Part shown: piece after piece, positions 8,836-17,464 of the stretch
How the letters are laid out: every line of letters starts with the position of its first letter
Numbering within the stretch: the first letter of the stretch is position 1
Assembly (NCBI GenBank): GCA_019114085.1
Contig: DXGE01000024.1
Location: 4,227-68,226, forward strand
Direction of reading: 5' to 3'
Length of the DNA stretch: 64,000 nucleotides
From: Candidatus Eubacterium faecipullorum
GTDB lineage: Bacteria; Bacillota; Clostridia; Oscillospirales; Acutalibacteraceae
Made by a program: the position numbers and the translations under genes
The notes under the pieces: model-generated
The model's input: only the letters and a program-made list of their open reading frames with translations
Told to the model about the DNA's origin: nothing
Database searches by the model: none

Positions 8836-9942
8836 ATGGCTGAAATGATATACAGAACGCTGCCGCGCGGCGGTGAAAAGATAAGCATTATCGGGCTCGG
8901 CATGGGCTCCATACACGAAAGCGGCGAAAGCGAGATAGAAAATACCGTTCGCTATGCAATAGAAAAGGGCGTAAATTATTTTGATATGGTGGCGTCTGAG
9001 GCAAAGCCCTATGCGCCGTATGCCCGCGCAATCAAAGACAACAGAAGCCGTGTTCTGCTTCAGATGCATTTCGGCGCCTTGTATGACGGCGGCACATACG
9101 GCTGGACAAGAGATGTCAAAAAAATAAAAAACGCTTTTGAATCGCAGCTTAAACTTCTACAAACGGATTACACTGATTTCGGCTTCGTGCACTGTATTGA
9201 TGAGGAAGACGATTATGACGACGTGATGCGTAAAAACGGCATCTGGGATTACCTGCGTTCTCTGAAAGAGGCGGGCGTAATACGCCATCTGGGCCTTTCC
9301 TCTCATGATCCGGATATAATCAGAAGATTCCTTGATTTGGATCTGATCGATATGGTCATGTTCAGCATAAACCCCGCCTATGATTATTCAACGGGTACAT
9401 ACGGAATAGGCACTTCCGAACAGCGCGGCAGGCTTTACCGCGATTGCGAAAGCGCCGGCGTCGGCATTTCCGTCATGAAGCCGTTCGGCGGCGGTCAGCT
9501 TTTGAATGCCAAAACCTCGCCGTTCGGGCAGGCGTTGAGTGAACATCAGTGTATGCAGTATGCCCTGGACAGACCCGGCGTGCTTACCGTGTTGCCGGGA
9601 ATCAGAGGAAAACGGGATCTGGATAAAATATTTTCTTTTCTTGATGCAACACAAGAGCAGCGCGATTATTCCGTGATCGGCAGGTTCGCGCCGCAAAACG
9701 CGGTGGGCAACTGCGTGTATTGCAATCACTGCCAGCCCTGCCCCGCCGGGATCAATATAGGGCTTGTGAATAAGTATTACGATCTTGCCCTCGCCGGCGA
9801 CGAGCTTGCCAAGGGCCATTATCAAAAGCTTTCCGTTAACGCTTCTGCATGCCTGCACTGCGGCCATTGTGAAAGCCGCTGCCCTTTCAGCGTAAAGCAG
9901 GAGCGCCGTATGGACGAGATCAACGCCTATTTTACAAAATGA
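8836..9942 (+). CDS. aldo/keto reductase with C-terminal 4Fe-4S ferredoxin-type domain
   Basis: The AKR core (ISIIGLGMG, YFDMV, LGLSSH) is followed by CVYCNHCQPCP and CLHCGHCESRCP cysteine clusters. The ATG at 8836 is preceded by GGAGAA. The upstream part of the listed ORF lacks an RBS. Confidence 0.85.
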   Translation: MAEMIYRTLPRGGEKISIIGLGMGSIHESGESEIENTVRYAIEKGVNYFDMVASEAKPYAPYARAIKDNRSRVLLQMHFGALYDGGTYGWTRDVKKIKNAFESQLKLLQTDYTDFGFVHCIDEEDDYDDVMRKNGIWDYLRSLKEAGVIRHLGLSSHDPDIIRRFLDLDLIDMVMFSINPAYDYSTGTYGIGTSEQRGRLYRDCESAGVGISVMKPFGGGQLLNAKTSPFGQALSEHQCMQYALDRPGVLTVLPGIRGKRDLDKIFSFLDATQEQRDYSVIGRFAPQNAVGNCVYCNHCQPCPAGINIGLVNKYYDLALAGDELAKGHYQKLSVNASACLHCGHCESRCPFSVKQERRMDEINAYFTK

Positions 9943-9998
9943 TAAAGGATATACATATTTAACAAATTCGGCGCAGAGCGCAAATAAAAGGTGATGTT

Positions 9999-10571
9999 AT
10001 GAAAAAGACGACTAAAAATTTAACTTTGTCCGCCATGTTCCTTGCCCTGGGGCTCGTGCTCCCGTTTTTAACAGGGCAGATCCCCCAGATCGGCAGCATG
10101 CTTTTGCCCATGCATATACCCGTAATGCTGTGCGGGCTCATCTGCGGCTGGCAGTACGGCGCCGTGGTGGGCTTCATTCTGCCGCTGCTTCGCTCCGCCA
10201 TCTTCGGCATGCCCGTTATGTTCCCGGCGGCAACGGCAATGGCGTTTGAGCTCATGACTTACGGCCTTGTGGCGGGCCTTATGTACGGCCTCTCCCGCTG
10301 GCAGTGCATCGTTGCGCTTTACAGAAGCCTGATCGTTGCCATGATCGCCGGCAGAGCCGTTTGGGGCGTTGTGCAGGTAATACAGCTCGGTTTCACGGGC
10401 AGCGAATTTACGTGGACAGCGTTTATGAGCGGCGCGTTTTTGAATGCGATCCCCGGCATCGTGGTGCAGCTTATCCTGATACCTGCAATTATGGCGGCGC
10501 TGAACAGAACCGGTCTTGCGCCGTATAAAAAACGTAAAAAAGAAACGGACAGCGCGCAGAATAACGCATGA
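9999..10571 (+). CDS. ECF transporter S component (substrate unknown)
   Basis: A 190-aa polytopic membrane protein. The N-terminal KNLTLSAMFLALGLVLPFLTGQIPQIGSMLLPMHIPVMLCG resembles ECF substrate-capture subunits. Confidence 0.7.
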   Translation: MKKTTKNLTLSAMFLALGLVLPFLTGQIPQIGSMLLPMHIPVMLCGLICGWQYGAVVGFILPLLRSAIFGMPVMFPAATAMAFELMTYGLVAGLMYGLSRWQCIVALYRSLIVAMIAGRAVWGVVQVIQLGFTGSEFTWTAFMSGAFLNAIPGIVVQLILIPAIMAALNRTGLAPYKKRKKETDSAQNNA

Positions 10572-11146
10572 ACAGGGAAGAACTGATCTTTGCGCTTGCA
10601 GACAGAATCAAAGCCGCAAAAGGCGCGGATAAGCCGTTTATACTTGCTATAGACGGCAGATGCGCCGCCGGTAAAACCACGCTTGCCCAAGAGCTTTCAC
10701 GTCTTACAGGCGCTGCTGTAGTGCATATGGACGATTTCTTTTTACAGCCGTTTCAACGGACAAAAGCGCGGCTGGATACCCCGGGTGAAAACGTGGATTG
10801 GGAACGCTTTAAGGCACAGGTGCTTTTGCCGCTCAGCAGGGGAGAAACGGCGCGTTTTCGGCCGTTTGACTGCCATACGCTCGGCTTTAAAGAAGAATCG
10901 TTTATAAGCCCTGAAAACGGCATTATCGTTGAGGGTACGTATTGCCTTCATAAAGCGCTTAGGGATTTCTATTCCCTTAAGGTCTTTGCTGACATCCCGC
11001 CGCAGGCGCAGCGCGAAAGAATAGAAAAAAGAAACGGCAAAGGGGGCGCAGCAGCGTTTGTTCAGAAATGGATACCGCTTGAGGAGAGCTATTTTTCCGC
11101 CTGTGATCCCGCCGCAATATGCGATTATGTAATCACTTCAGAATAA
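10568..11146 (+). CDS. P-loop nucleoside/nucleotide kinase family protein (uridine-kinase-like)
   Basis: It has a Walker A IDGRCAAGKTTL followed by VVHMDDFF. At 192 aa, its start overlaps the upstream stop (ATGA). Confidence 0.7.
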   Translation: MNREELIFALADRIKAAKGADKPFILAIDGRCAAGKTTLAQELSRLTGAAVVHMDDFFLQPFQRTKARLDTPGENVDWERFKAQVLLPLSRGETARFRPFDCHTLGFKEESFISPENGIIVEGTYCLHKALRDFYSLKVFADIPPQAQRERIEKRNGKGGAAAFVQKWIPLEESYFSACDPAAICDYVITSE

Positions 11147-11151
11147 AAAAA

Positions 11152-11190
11152 TCCGAGGGCACAGCTGTTCCGTGCTCTCGGAGCTTTTTT
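11152..11190. terminator. bidirectional intrinsic terminator
   Basis: The stem TCCGAGGGCAC/GTGCTCTCGGA (one G-T) is flanked by an A-run and a T-run, between convergent genes. Confidence 0.7.
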
Positions 11191-11195
11191 TATGT

Positions 11196-12350
11196 TTATT
11201 TCCAAAGATTTTTATAAATTTTGATGATGTCTTTTCGTGTCACGTTTTTGATCGTGTTCGCCGGGGAGCCGGAGTCTATTGCGTCATCCGTCATCTTCTC
11301 GATCGCCTCAAAGAATTTGCCCTTATCGATGCCGTATTCTGCAAGCGTGGGTATTTCGCAGGTTCTGCAAAGCTCGGAGCAGGCGTTCAAAAAAGCCTCG
11401 GCAGCCGTTCTGTCGTCGTCCGCGCGGTGCGCAACCTTGATTGCTCTGCCGAGATCGGCAAATCTGGAATACGCGCCGTCCAGCGCAAATTTAAAGCACT
11501 CTTCGATCAGCATTGCGTTTGAGATGCCGTGCGCCACATGGAAAAGCGCGCCGATCGGGCGGCTCATGCCGTGGATGATCGTAACGGATGCGTTGTTGAA
11601 CGCAACGCCCGCCTCAAGCGCCGCAAGGCTCATCTCTTCGCGTGCCTTTATATTTTTCGGCTCCGCGTAGCAGACCGGCAGGTTCTTGAATATTCGTTTT
11701 ACCGCGCTTACCGCAAGGTCGTCGGTTAACGGCTGCGCTTTTCTTGAGGTGTATGCCTCCGCCGCATGGCAAAGCGCGTCAAGGCCGGTCGCCGCCGTGA
11801 TGGAGGGCGGCGCGGTCACGGTGAATTTCGGGTCGTCAATCGCAAGATCCGGCATAAGCACAGGGCCTTTCAAAAGCATTTTGATGTCCCTTTTTGTATT
11901 CGTTATAATTGTGAACTGCGTTGCTTCAGAGCCTGTTCCGCTTGTGGTCGGAACGGCAACCATAGGCGGGGTGGGAATAGAGATCACTTTCCCGTAATAA
12001 TCGTCTATCTCTCCGCCGTTCGTTGCAACCGCGCCGATCGCTTTCATGGCGTCAATCGGGGAGCCGCCGCCGAGGGCAATCAGAAAATCGCAATTTTCAT
12101 CTCTGTATTGCTGAATGCCCATATCTATAATTACGTCGGTAGGCTCTGAATTCACGCCGTCAAAAACAGAAAATGCAATGCCCAGCCCGCTCAAAATATC
12201 CTCAACGGGGCGCACGTTTCCCGAACGCACCATAAATCTGTCCGTAACGATAAGCGCCTTTTTACCCATATCGGCAAGCAGCGGAGCAGCGTTTTCAAGC
12301 GCATTCTCCCCGTATACGATCTTGCCGGGCATAATAAACTGATTTCCCAT
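11196..12350 (-). CDS. iron-containing alcohol dehydrogenase
   Basis: The Fe-ADH family pattern is present (GGGSPIDAMKAI and histidine-rich metal-site regions). The ATG at 12350 is preceded by AAGAGGAAG. The ORF-track start at 12374 is a non-ATG extension. Confidence 0.9.
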   Translation of the reverse strand: MGNQFIMPGKIVYGENALENAAPLLADMGKKALIVTDRFMVRSGNVRPVEDILSGLGIAFSVFDGVNSEPTDVIIDMGIQQYRDENCDFLIALGGGSPIDAMKAIGAVATNGGEIDDYYGKVISIPTPPMVAVPTTSGTGSEATQFTIITNTKRDIKMLLKGPVLMPDLAIDDPKFTVTAPPSITAATGLDALCHAAEAYTSRKAQPLTDDLAVSAVKRIFKNLPVCYAEPKNIKAREEMSLAALEAGVAFNNASVTIIHGMSRPIGALFHVAHGISNAMLIEECFKFALDGAYSRFADLGRAIKVAHRADDDRTAAEAFLNACSELCRTCEIPTLAEYGIDKGKFFEAIEKMTDDAIDSGSPANTIKNVTRKDIIKIYKNLWK

Positions 12351-12400
12351 TCTTACACTTCCTCTTTGCCGCAAAATTTAAATATATACAAAACATATAT

Positions 12401-12428
12401 ATTTTAATCTAAAAAGAGTAAATGTCAA
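12401..12428 (-). promoter_or_regulatory. sigma-A-like promoter for the Fe-ADH gene
   Basis: The minus strand reads TTGACA, a 16-nt spacer, then TAAAAT. Confidence 0.5.
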
Positions 12429-12435
12429 GAGCGTA

Positions 12436-12470
12436 TATAAAAAATCCGCCGCCTTTTACGGCGGCGGATT
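12436..12470 (-). terminator. intrinsic terminator after mmsA
   Basis: An 11-bp stem AATCCGCCGCC/GGCGGCGGATT with a 6-nt loop is followed by a T-run on the minus strand. Confidence 0.8.
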
Positions 12471-12492
12471 TATCTTTCTTGCTTAAGTTGGA

Positions 12493-13998
12493 TTACAGCA
12501 GACCGTCCCAGGTGTCAACCTCTTTTGCCTTCTTTTCTTCCTCGTCAAACCAGTGCTGGGTTACGGATTTGCTTTCCGTAAAGAACCTGTAAGCGTCCTT
12601 GCCAAGGCAGTGCAGATCGCCGAAGAAGCTCTGCTTGTGCCCGCTGAACGGAACGAATCCAACGGGAACGGGAATGCCCACGTTGATGCCTACCTGGCCG
12701 CCGTCCGTATATCTTGCGAACTGCCTTGCGTAGTAGCCGCTCTGCGTATAGATAACGGAGCCGTTTGCATACGGGCTTGCGTTCATGATGGCAAGACCCT
12801 CGTCAAAATCCTTGCATCTCTTTATGCAAAGCACCGGGCCAAATATCTCGTCTCTTCCGATCGTCATATCCTCCGTAACATGGTCAAAAACGGTTGCGCC
12901 TATGAAGTAGCCGTTTTCGTATCCCTCCGGTACTTTGGGGTTGCGCCCGTCAACAACAAGCTCGGCGCCCTCGTCAATACCCTTTTGGATATCGGCAAGC
13001 ACTTCTTCATAATGCTTCTTATATGTTATGGGGCCAAGCCTTGTATTCTTATCCCATGCAGGGCCGCAGTTTACGGATTTGATCTGGTTCTTCAGCTCGG
13101 CAACAAATTTATCTGCAATGGATTCCTCCACCACGCAGCAGGAGAGCGCCATACATCTCTGACCGGCGCAGCCGAATGCCGAATTGATAACGCCGGCAAC
13201 GGTTCTTTCAAGCGCGCAGTCCTCCATAACAAGCGCGTGGTTCTTAGCCTGGCAGAGCGCCTGGCATCTCTTGCCCGCGGCAGCCGCTTTCTGATAGATC
13301 TTAAGACCTACCGGCGTAGAGCCTACAAAGGTTATTCCCTTAACGTCCGGGTGGTCAAGGATCGTGTCTATCTCGTTTCTGGAGCAGGTAACGATGTTTA
13401 TAACGCCGTCCGGGATTCCTGCTTCCTTGTAAAGCGCGCCGATGCGCATCGCCGTTCTCGGTGTGAGCGAAGCTGCTTTCAGCACCATCGTGTTGCCGCA
13501 GGCAACGCAAACGGGCGTCATCCAGCCAAAGGGTATCATAGCCGGGAAATTTACGGGTACGATTCCTGCGAATACGCCGAGCGGCTCGCGGTATTTTACC
13601 GTGTCAAAGCCGGTGGAGGCGTCCATAAGGCTTTCGCCCATCATAAGAGACGGCGCCTGCGTTGCAAGCTCGGTGCCCTCCTGCGCTTTGCCCACATCGC
13701 CCTCGGCCTCGCCCCATGCCTTGCCGTTTTCCTCGCAAACCAGCATCGTAAGCTCGTCTTTATGCTCTATCAGGAGTTCGCGCACTTTGTAAAGGATCTG
13801 CGCTCTTTTCCTTGCCGGTGTGTTTCTCCACGCCGGGTAGGCTGCTTTTGCGGCTTCTATTGCTTCAAGCACCTCCTCGTTCGTGCAGCACGGAGCTTGG
13901 CCCGTGACTTCGCCCGTAGAGGGGTTGTGGAGATCATACCATTTGTCGGTCTTGGACTCCTTGAATTCGCCGTTAACAAAGTATTTAAGTTTTTCCAT
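12493..13998 (-). CDS. mmsA: CoA-acylating methylmalonate-semialdehyde dehydrogenase (aldehyde dehydrogenase family)
   Basis: At 501 aa it has ALDH-family architecture with a catalytic Cys region (GQRCMA). The N-terminus KYFVNGEF...YDLHNPSTGEV is typical of MmsA/IolA. Confidence 0.85.
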   Translation of the reverse strand: MEKLKYFVNGEFKESKTDKWYDLHNPSTGEVTGQAPCCTNEEVLEAIEAAKAAYPAWRNTPARKRAQILYKVRELLIEHKDELTMLVCEENGKAWGEAEGDVGKAQEGTELATQAPSLMMGESLMDASTGFDTVKYREPLGVFAGIVPVNFPAMIPFGWMTPVCVACGNTMVLKAASLTPRTAMRIGALYKEAGIPDGVINIVTCSRNEIDTILDHPDVKGITFVGSTPVGLKIYQKAAAAGKRCQALCQAKNHALVMEDCALERTVAGVINSAFGCAGQRCMALSCCVVEESIADKFVAELKNQIKSVNCGPAWDKNTRLGPITYKKHYEEVLADIQKGIDEGAELVVDGRNPKVPEGYENGYFIGATVFDHVTEDMTIGRDEIFGPVLCIKRCKDFDEGLAIMNASPYANGSVIYTQSGYYARQFARYTDGGQVGINVGIPVPVGFVPFSGHKQSFFGDLHCLGKDAYRFFTESKSVTQHWFDEEEKKAKEVDTWDGLL

Positions 13999-14140
13999 TT
14001 TTTTACCTCACATAAATTAATTTCAACCTTTATTTTATCATCAGTCGGGCTGTATTTCAATTCGTAATGTGTGATAAATATCCCGTTCTTATATTGTGCA
14101 ATTTAACATATATGTGCCTTTTGCGTAGTATGCATAAGGG

Positions 14141-14620
14141 GTGCTTTTTTTGAAATTACATAAAAATAAGCCGCCGTGCACCGTTGCAATAGCAGGGCAG
14201 TGCGCTGCGGCGCAGATCAATCTGTTTGCGGAGCTTACCGGCTCTTTTATATGCGAATTTCCGCGGTTCGGGCTTATTAAAGGCATGTACTATTACAAAT
14301 ACCGTGAATACTTTGTTTCCTGCCTTTCTCCCGGAAGCCCTGCCGAAGAAGCGGAGGATTTTGACTGCGTGATCTATGTTATGAATCCTTATCGCCTTGA
14401 AAGCGAACTTGTAAATGCGCTGCGCTATTCCAGAAAGGCAAGGCGCCTTGTGCTGTTTTTATGCGCGCCGAGGGGAGGCGCAAAGGCAACTGTGCCCGTC
14501 AATATAAAGCTGCTTTCGGGCGCGCTCAGAGCACGCGCCGTTTTTGAGACCCGCTTCGGCTCACGGGGGGTGAACCGCCTGCTTGACGCCGTTGAAAGCA
14601 CGCTTAAGCAAGAGATATAA
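14141..14620 (+). CDS. hypothetical protein
   Basis: A 159-aa ORF with a TTG start, genome-typical GC and no recognisable domain. The real start is uncertain. Confidence 0.35.
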   Translation: MLFLKLHKNKPPCTVAIAGQCAAAQINLFAELTGSFICEFPRFGLIKGMYYYKYREYFVSCLSPGSPAEEAEDFDCVIYVMNPYRLESELVNALRYSRKARRLVLFLCAPRGGAKATVPVNIKLLSGALRARAVFETRFGSRGVNRLLDAVESTLKQEI

Positions 14621-14812
14621 ATCAGCATAAAAAAAGGACCCGCCCGTTTTATTCAGGCAGGATCCCCATAAGTAAGAATTGCTTAGATATCATGACAATT
14701 CTTTGCCGCATCGCAGACCCCCGCAACAATGAGCCTGCACAACCCGCGGCGCGGTTGGCTTGAATTCCAGCATTTAAACTATAACATTTTTTAAAACATA
14801 TTTCAATATACT

Positions 14813-14830
14813 ATTCGGAATTTTCCGAAT
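14813..14830. promoter_or_regulatory. perfect 18-bp palindrome, candidate operator upstream of nanE-nanA
   Basis: ATTCGGAATTTTCCGAAT lies in the 373-nt AT-rich gap upstream of the nan genes. Confidence 0.5.
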
Positions 14831-14993
14831 TGCATAGAGATTTTTTTATAATATTTCCATGCATGGTAAATCACGACTAAAAAATTGGACATATTTTTTT
14901 TATTTTCATTGAAAAGAGCACCGCCTTGTGATAGAATTGTGATATAAAAATAAAGGCGGTGGTATTACGGCAAATCTTAAAAGAGGGCTTATC

Positions 14994-15665
14994 GTGTCCT
15001 GCCAGGCAGTTCAGGGCGAACCCCTTTACGGGCTTCATATGATGGGGCATTTTGCCCGCGCGGCAGTGCTTGGCGGCGCCGTCGGCATCAGGGCAAATTA
15101 TGTTTCCGATATCAAGGAGATCAAAGAACAGGTAAATGTTCCCGTTATCGGCATAATCAAAGCCGAATATGCGGGCAGCGACGTCTATATTACACCCACC
15201 CTTAAAGAGGTCAAGGAACTTCTCGGCTCGGGGTGCGAGGTTATCGCGCTTGACGCCACCAAAAGGGAACGCCCCGGCGGCGAAAAGCTTGCCGATCTTG
15301 TAAACTATATCCGCGAAAACGCCCCGCAGGTAGAGATCATGGCGGACTGCTCCGATTTTGAAGAGGCGAAGGCGGCGGATGAAATGGGCTTTGATTACGT
15401 GGGTACCACGATGAGAAGCTATACGTCCTATACCGCCGGCGTTTCCATACCGGATTACGATATGCTCAAAAGAATGACCGGCGAGCTTTCGGCAAAGGTC
15501 ATCGCAGAGGGCGGCATCTGGGAAACGGCGCAGCTTCAAAAGGTGCTGGAATGCGATCCTTATGCTGTTGTGATCGGCAGCGCGATCACAAGACCTATGG
15601 ATATCACAAAGCGCTTTGAAAGCGTTTTTGAAAAAAATAATTTTTATAATAAACAGGAGAAGTAA
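14994..15665 (+). CDS. nanE: N-acetylmannosamine-6-phosphate 2-epimerase
   Basis: SCQA..GEPL, GIRANYV..IKEIKE..PVIGIIK and AVVIGSAITRP motifs of NanE are present. The GTG start has an AAGAGGG RBS, but family-like residues continue upstream without a canonical start. See findings. Confidence 0.85.
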   Translation: MSCQAVQGEPLYGLHMMGHFARAAVLGGAVGIRANYVSDIKEIKEQVNVPVIGIIKAEYAGSDVYITPTLKEVKELLGSGCEVIALDATKRERPGGEKLADLVNYIRENAPQVEIMADCSDFEEAKAADEMGFDYVGTTMRSYTSYTAGVSIPDYDMLKRMTGELSAKVIAEGGIWETAQLQKVLECDPYAVVIGSAITRPMDITKRFESVFEKNNFYNKQEK

Positions 15666-15666
15666 A

Positions 15667-16551
15667 ATGGCAGATCTGCAAAAATTCAAGGGCCTGTTTT
15701 CGGCTCTGCTCACCCCGTTTGATAAGAACGGCAGCATCAAATACGATTCTATTAAGGATCTTGTTGAATTCAATATCAAAAACGGTATTGACGGCTTTTA
15801 CGTAGGCGGAAGCACGGGCGAGGGTCTTTTGCTCACAAATGAGGAAAGAGAAAATGTGTTTAAGTGCGTTAAAGAGGCGGCGGGAGACAGAGTTACGCTC
15901 ATAGCGCATGTCGGCACCATTTCAACAGACGCCGCTATAGAAATGGCTAAAAGCGCCGAGGAGCTGGGTTATGACGCGATTTCGGCGGTCGCTCCGTTTT
16001 ATTACGGCTTCCCGCTTGAGGCGATCCTCGGCTATTATAAGGATATCGCAAACAGCACTTCGCTGCCGATGATCATTTATAATTTCCCGAATTCAAGCGG
16101 TTTTTCGCTTACTAAGGAGATTGCAAACGATCTTTTCAAGAACGAGAAATTTATCGGCATCAAGCATACCTCCAGCGATATGTTTGCGCTTCAGAAATTT
16201 AAGCAGCTGGACAGGGAGATTGTTGTTTACAACGGCTTTGACGAAACCCTGCTTGCCGGCCTTGCCATGGGGGCTGACGGCGCGATCGGCAGCACCTATA
16301 ACTTCATGGGCAAGAAGTTTAAGAAGATCATGACCGATTTTCAAAACGGCAATCTGAAAGAGGCGCAAAAGGGGCAGAACGAGGCGGATGAGATCATTAC
16401 GGAAATGATCAAATACGGCGTGTTCCAGTCCGAAAAGGCTATTTTGACTGAGATGGGCGTGGATATGGGCGAATGCAGAAAACCGTTCCTGCCTATAAGC
16501 GACGAATGCCGCGCTTCCATGAAGAAGATCGCCGAAAAGCTTGAAAAATAA
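15667..16551 (+). CDS. nanA: N-acetylneuraminate lyase (DHDPS/NAL family)
   Basis: The product begins MADLQKFKGLFSALLTPFDKNG and contains GFYVGGSTGE plus an active-site Lys region (GIKHTS). An AGGAGAAG RBS is present. Confidence 0.9.
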   Translation: MADLQKFKGLFSALLTPFDKNGSIKYDSIKDLVEFNIKNGIDGFYVGGSTGEGLLLTNEERENVFKCVKEAAGDRVTLIAHVGTISTDAAIEMAKSAEELGYDAISAVAPFYYGFPLEAILGYYKDIANSTSLPMIIYNFPNSSGFSLTKEIANDLFKNEKFIGIKHTSSDMFALQKFKQLDREIVVYNGFDETLLAGLAMGADGAIGSTYNFMGKKFKKIMTDFQNGNLKEAQKGQNEADEIITEMIKYGVFQSEKAILTEMGVDMGECRKPFLPISDECRASMKKIAEKLEK

Positions 16552-17399
16552 TGCTGGCTGAAGATATCAATATAAGAGATCCGTTCGTCCTTGCCGAAAA
16601 CGGCAGATATTATCTGTACGGCACACGTGCCGCTGATTTCGGCAGAAAGACCGGCGGTTTTGACGTTTATGTTTCCGATGATCTCAAAGCGTGGAACAGC
16701 CCTGTGTGCTGCTTTGATTCAGAGCAGGCAGGGCTTAACCGGGAAGTAAACTGGGCGCCGGAGGTACATAAATATGACGGCAGATATTACATGTTTGCCT
16801 CTTTTACCGGCGAAAACGGTCTTCGCGGTACCTATGCGCTTGTTTCAGACAGCCCGCTCGGCAAGTTTTGCCTGCATTCGGCAGGCGCGCTGACTCCCGA
16901 TGAGTGGGAGTGCATAGACGGCACATTCTACTGTGAAAACGGCACGCCCTATCTTGTTTTCTGCCATGAGCACACGCAGGCTGTGGACGGCGAGATCTGC
17001 TATCTGCCGCTCAGCGCGGATCTTAAAAGACCGGCAGGGCAGGCAAAGCTCATCTTTAAAGCTTCTTCACCTGCTTGGGCGGATAAGAAGCCGGCGGGCG
17101 AGCACTATATTACCGACGGCCCTTTCCTTTACCGCACAAAAAGCGGTGCGCTGCTTATGATATGGTCAACTTTTATTGACCATAAATACGCGCAGTGCGT
17201 TGCAAGGTCAAAAAACGGCAGTATAACGGGCGGCTTTGAACATCTGCCGCCGCTCATAACCGATGACGGCGGCCACGGCATGATCTTCAGGGCAGGGGAT
17301 GATCTGCTTTTGACATTCCATTCGCCCAACCAAACGGGCAGCGAACGTCCCCGTTTTGTAAGACTTTCCGACTGCGGCGATCATTTAAAAATTGTATAA
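16551..17399 (+). CDS. glycoside hydrolase family 43
   Basis: It has RDPFVLAENGRYYLYGT, WAPEVHKYDGRYYMF and DGPFLY motifs of five-bladed propeller GH43 enzymes. Confidence 0.85.
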   Translation: MLAEDINIRDPFVLAENGRYYLYGTRAADFGRKTGGFDVYVSDDLKAWNSPVCCFDSEQAGLNREVNWAPEVHKYDGRYYMFASFTGENGLRGTYALVSDSPLGKFCLHSAGALTPDEWECIDGTFYCENGTPYLVFCHEHTQAVDGEICYLPLSADLKRPAGQAKLIFKASSPAWADKKPAGEHYITDGPFLYRTKSGALLMIWSTFIDHKYAQCVARSKNGSITGGFEHLPPLITDDGGHGMIFRAGDDLLLTFHSPNQTGSERPRFVRLSDCGDHLKIV

Positions 17400-17406
17400 G
17401 AAACAG

Positions 17407-17442
17407 AAAAACGCTTTTGAGTCAATACCCAAAAGCGTTTTT
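17407..17442. terminator. bidirectional intrinsic terminator
   Basis: A 13-bp stem AAAAACGCTTTTG/CAAAAGCGTTTTT lies between convergent GH43 and GH2 genes. Confidence 0.8.
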
Positions 17443-17464
17443 GTTTGCCTGTATTTTGATCTGA

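Noticed and set aside
12553-14067. A 504-aa ORF on the plus strand opposite mmsA.
   Set aside because: It is a shadow frame of the aldehyde dehydrogenase gene, with a low-complexity Arg/Ala-rich translation and no recognisable domain.
14877-15779. A 300-aa minus-strand ORF across nanE and the start of nanA.
   Set aside because: It is antisense to two recognisable enzymes and begins in AT-rich promoter DNA without an RBS.
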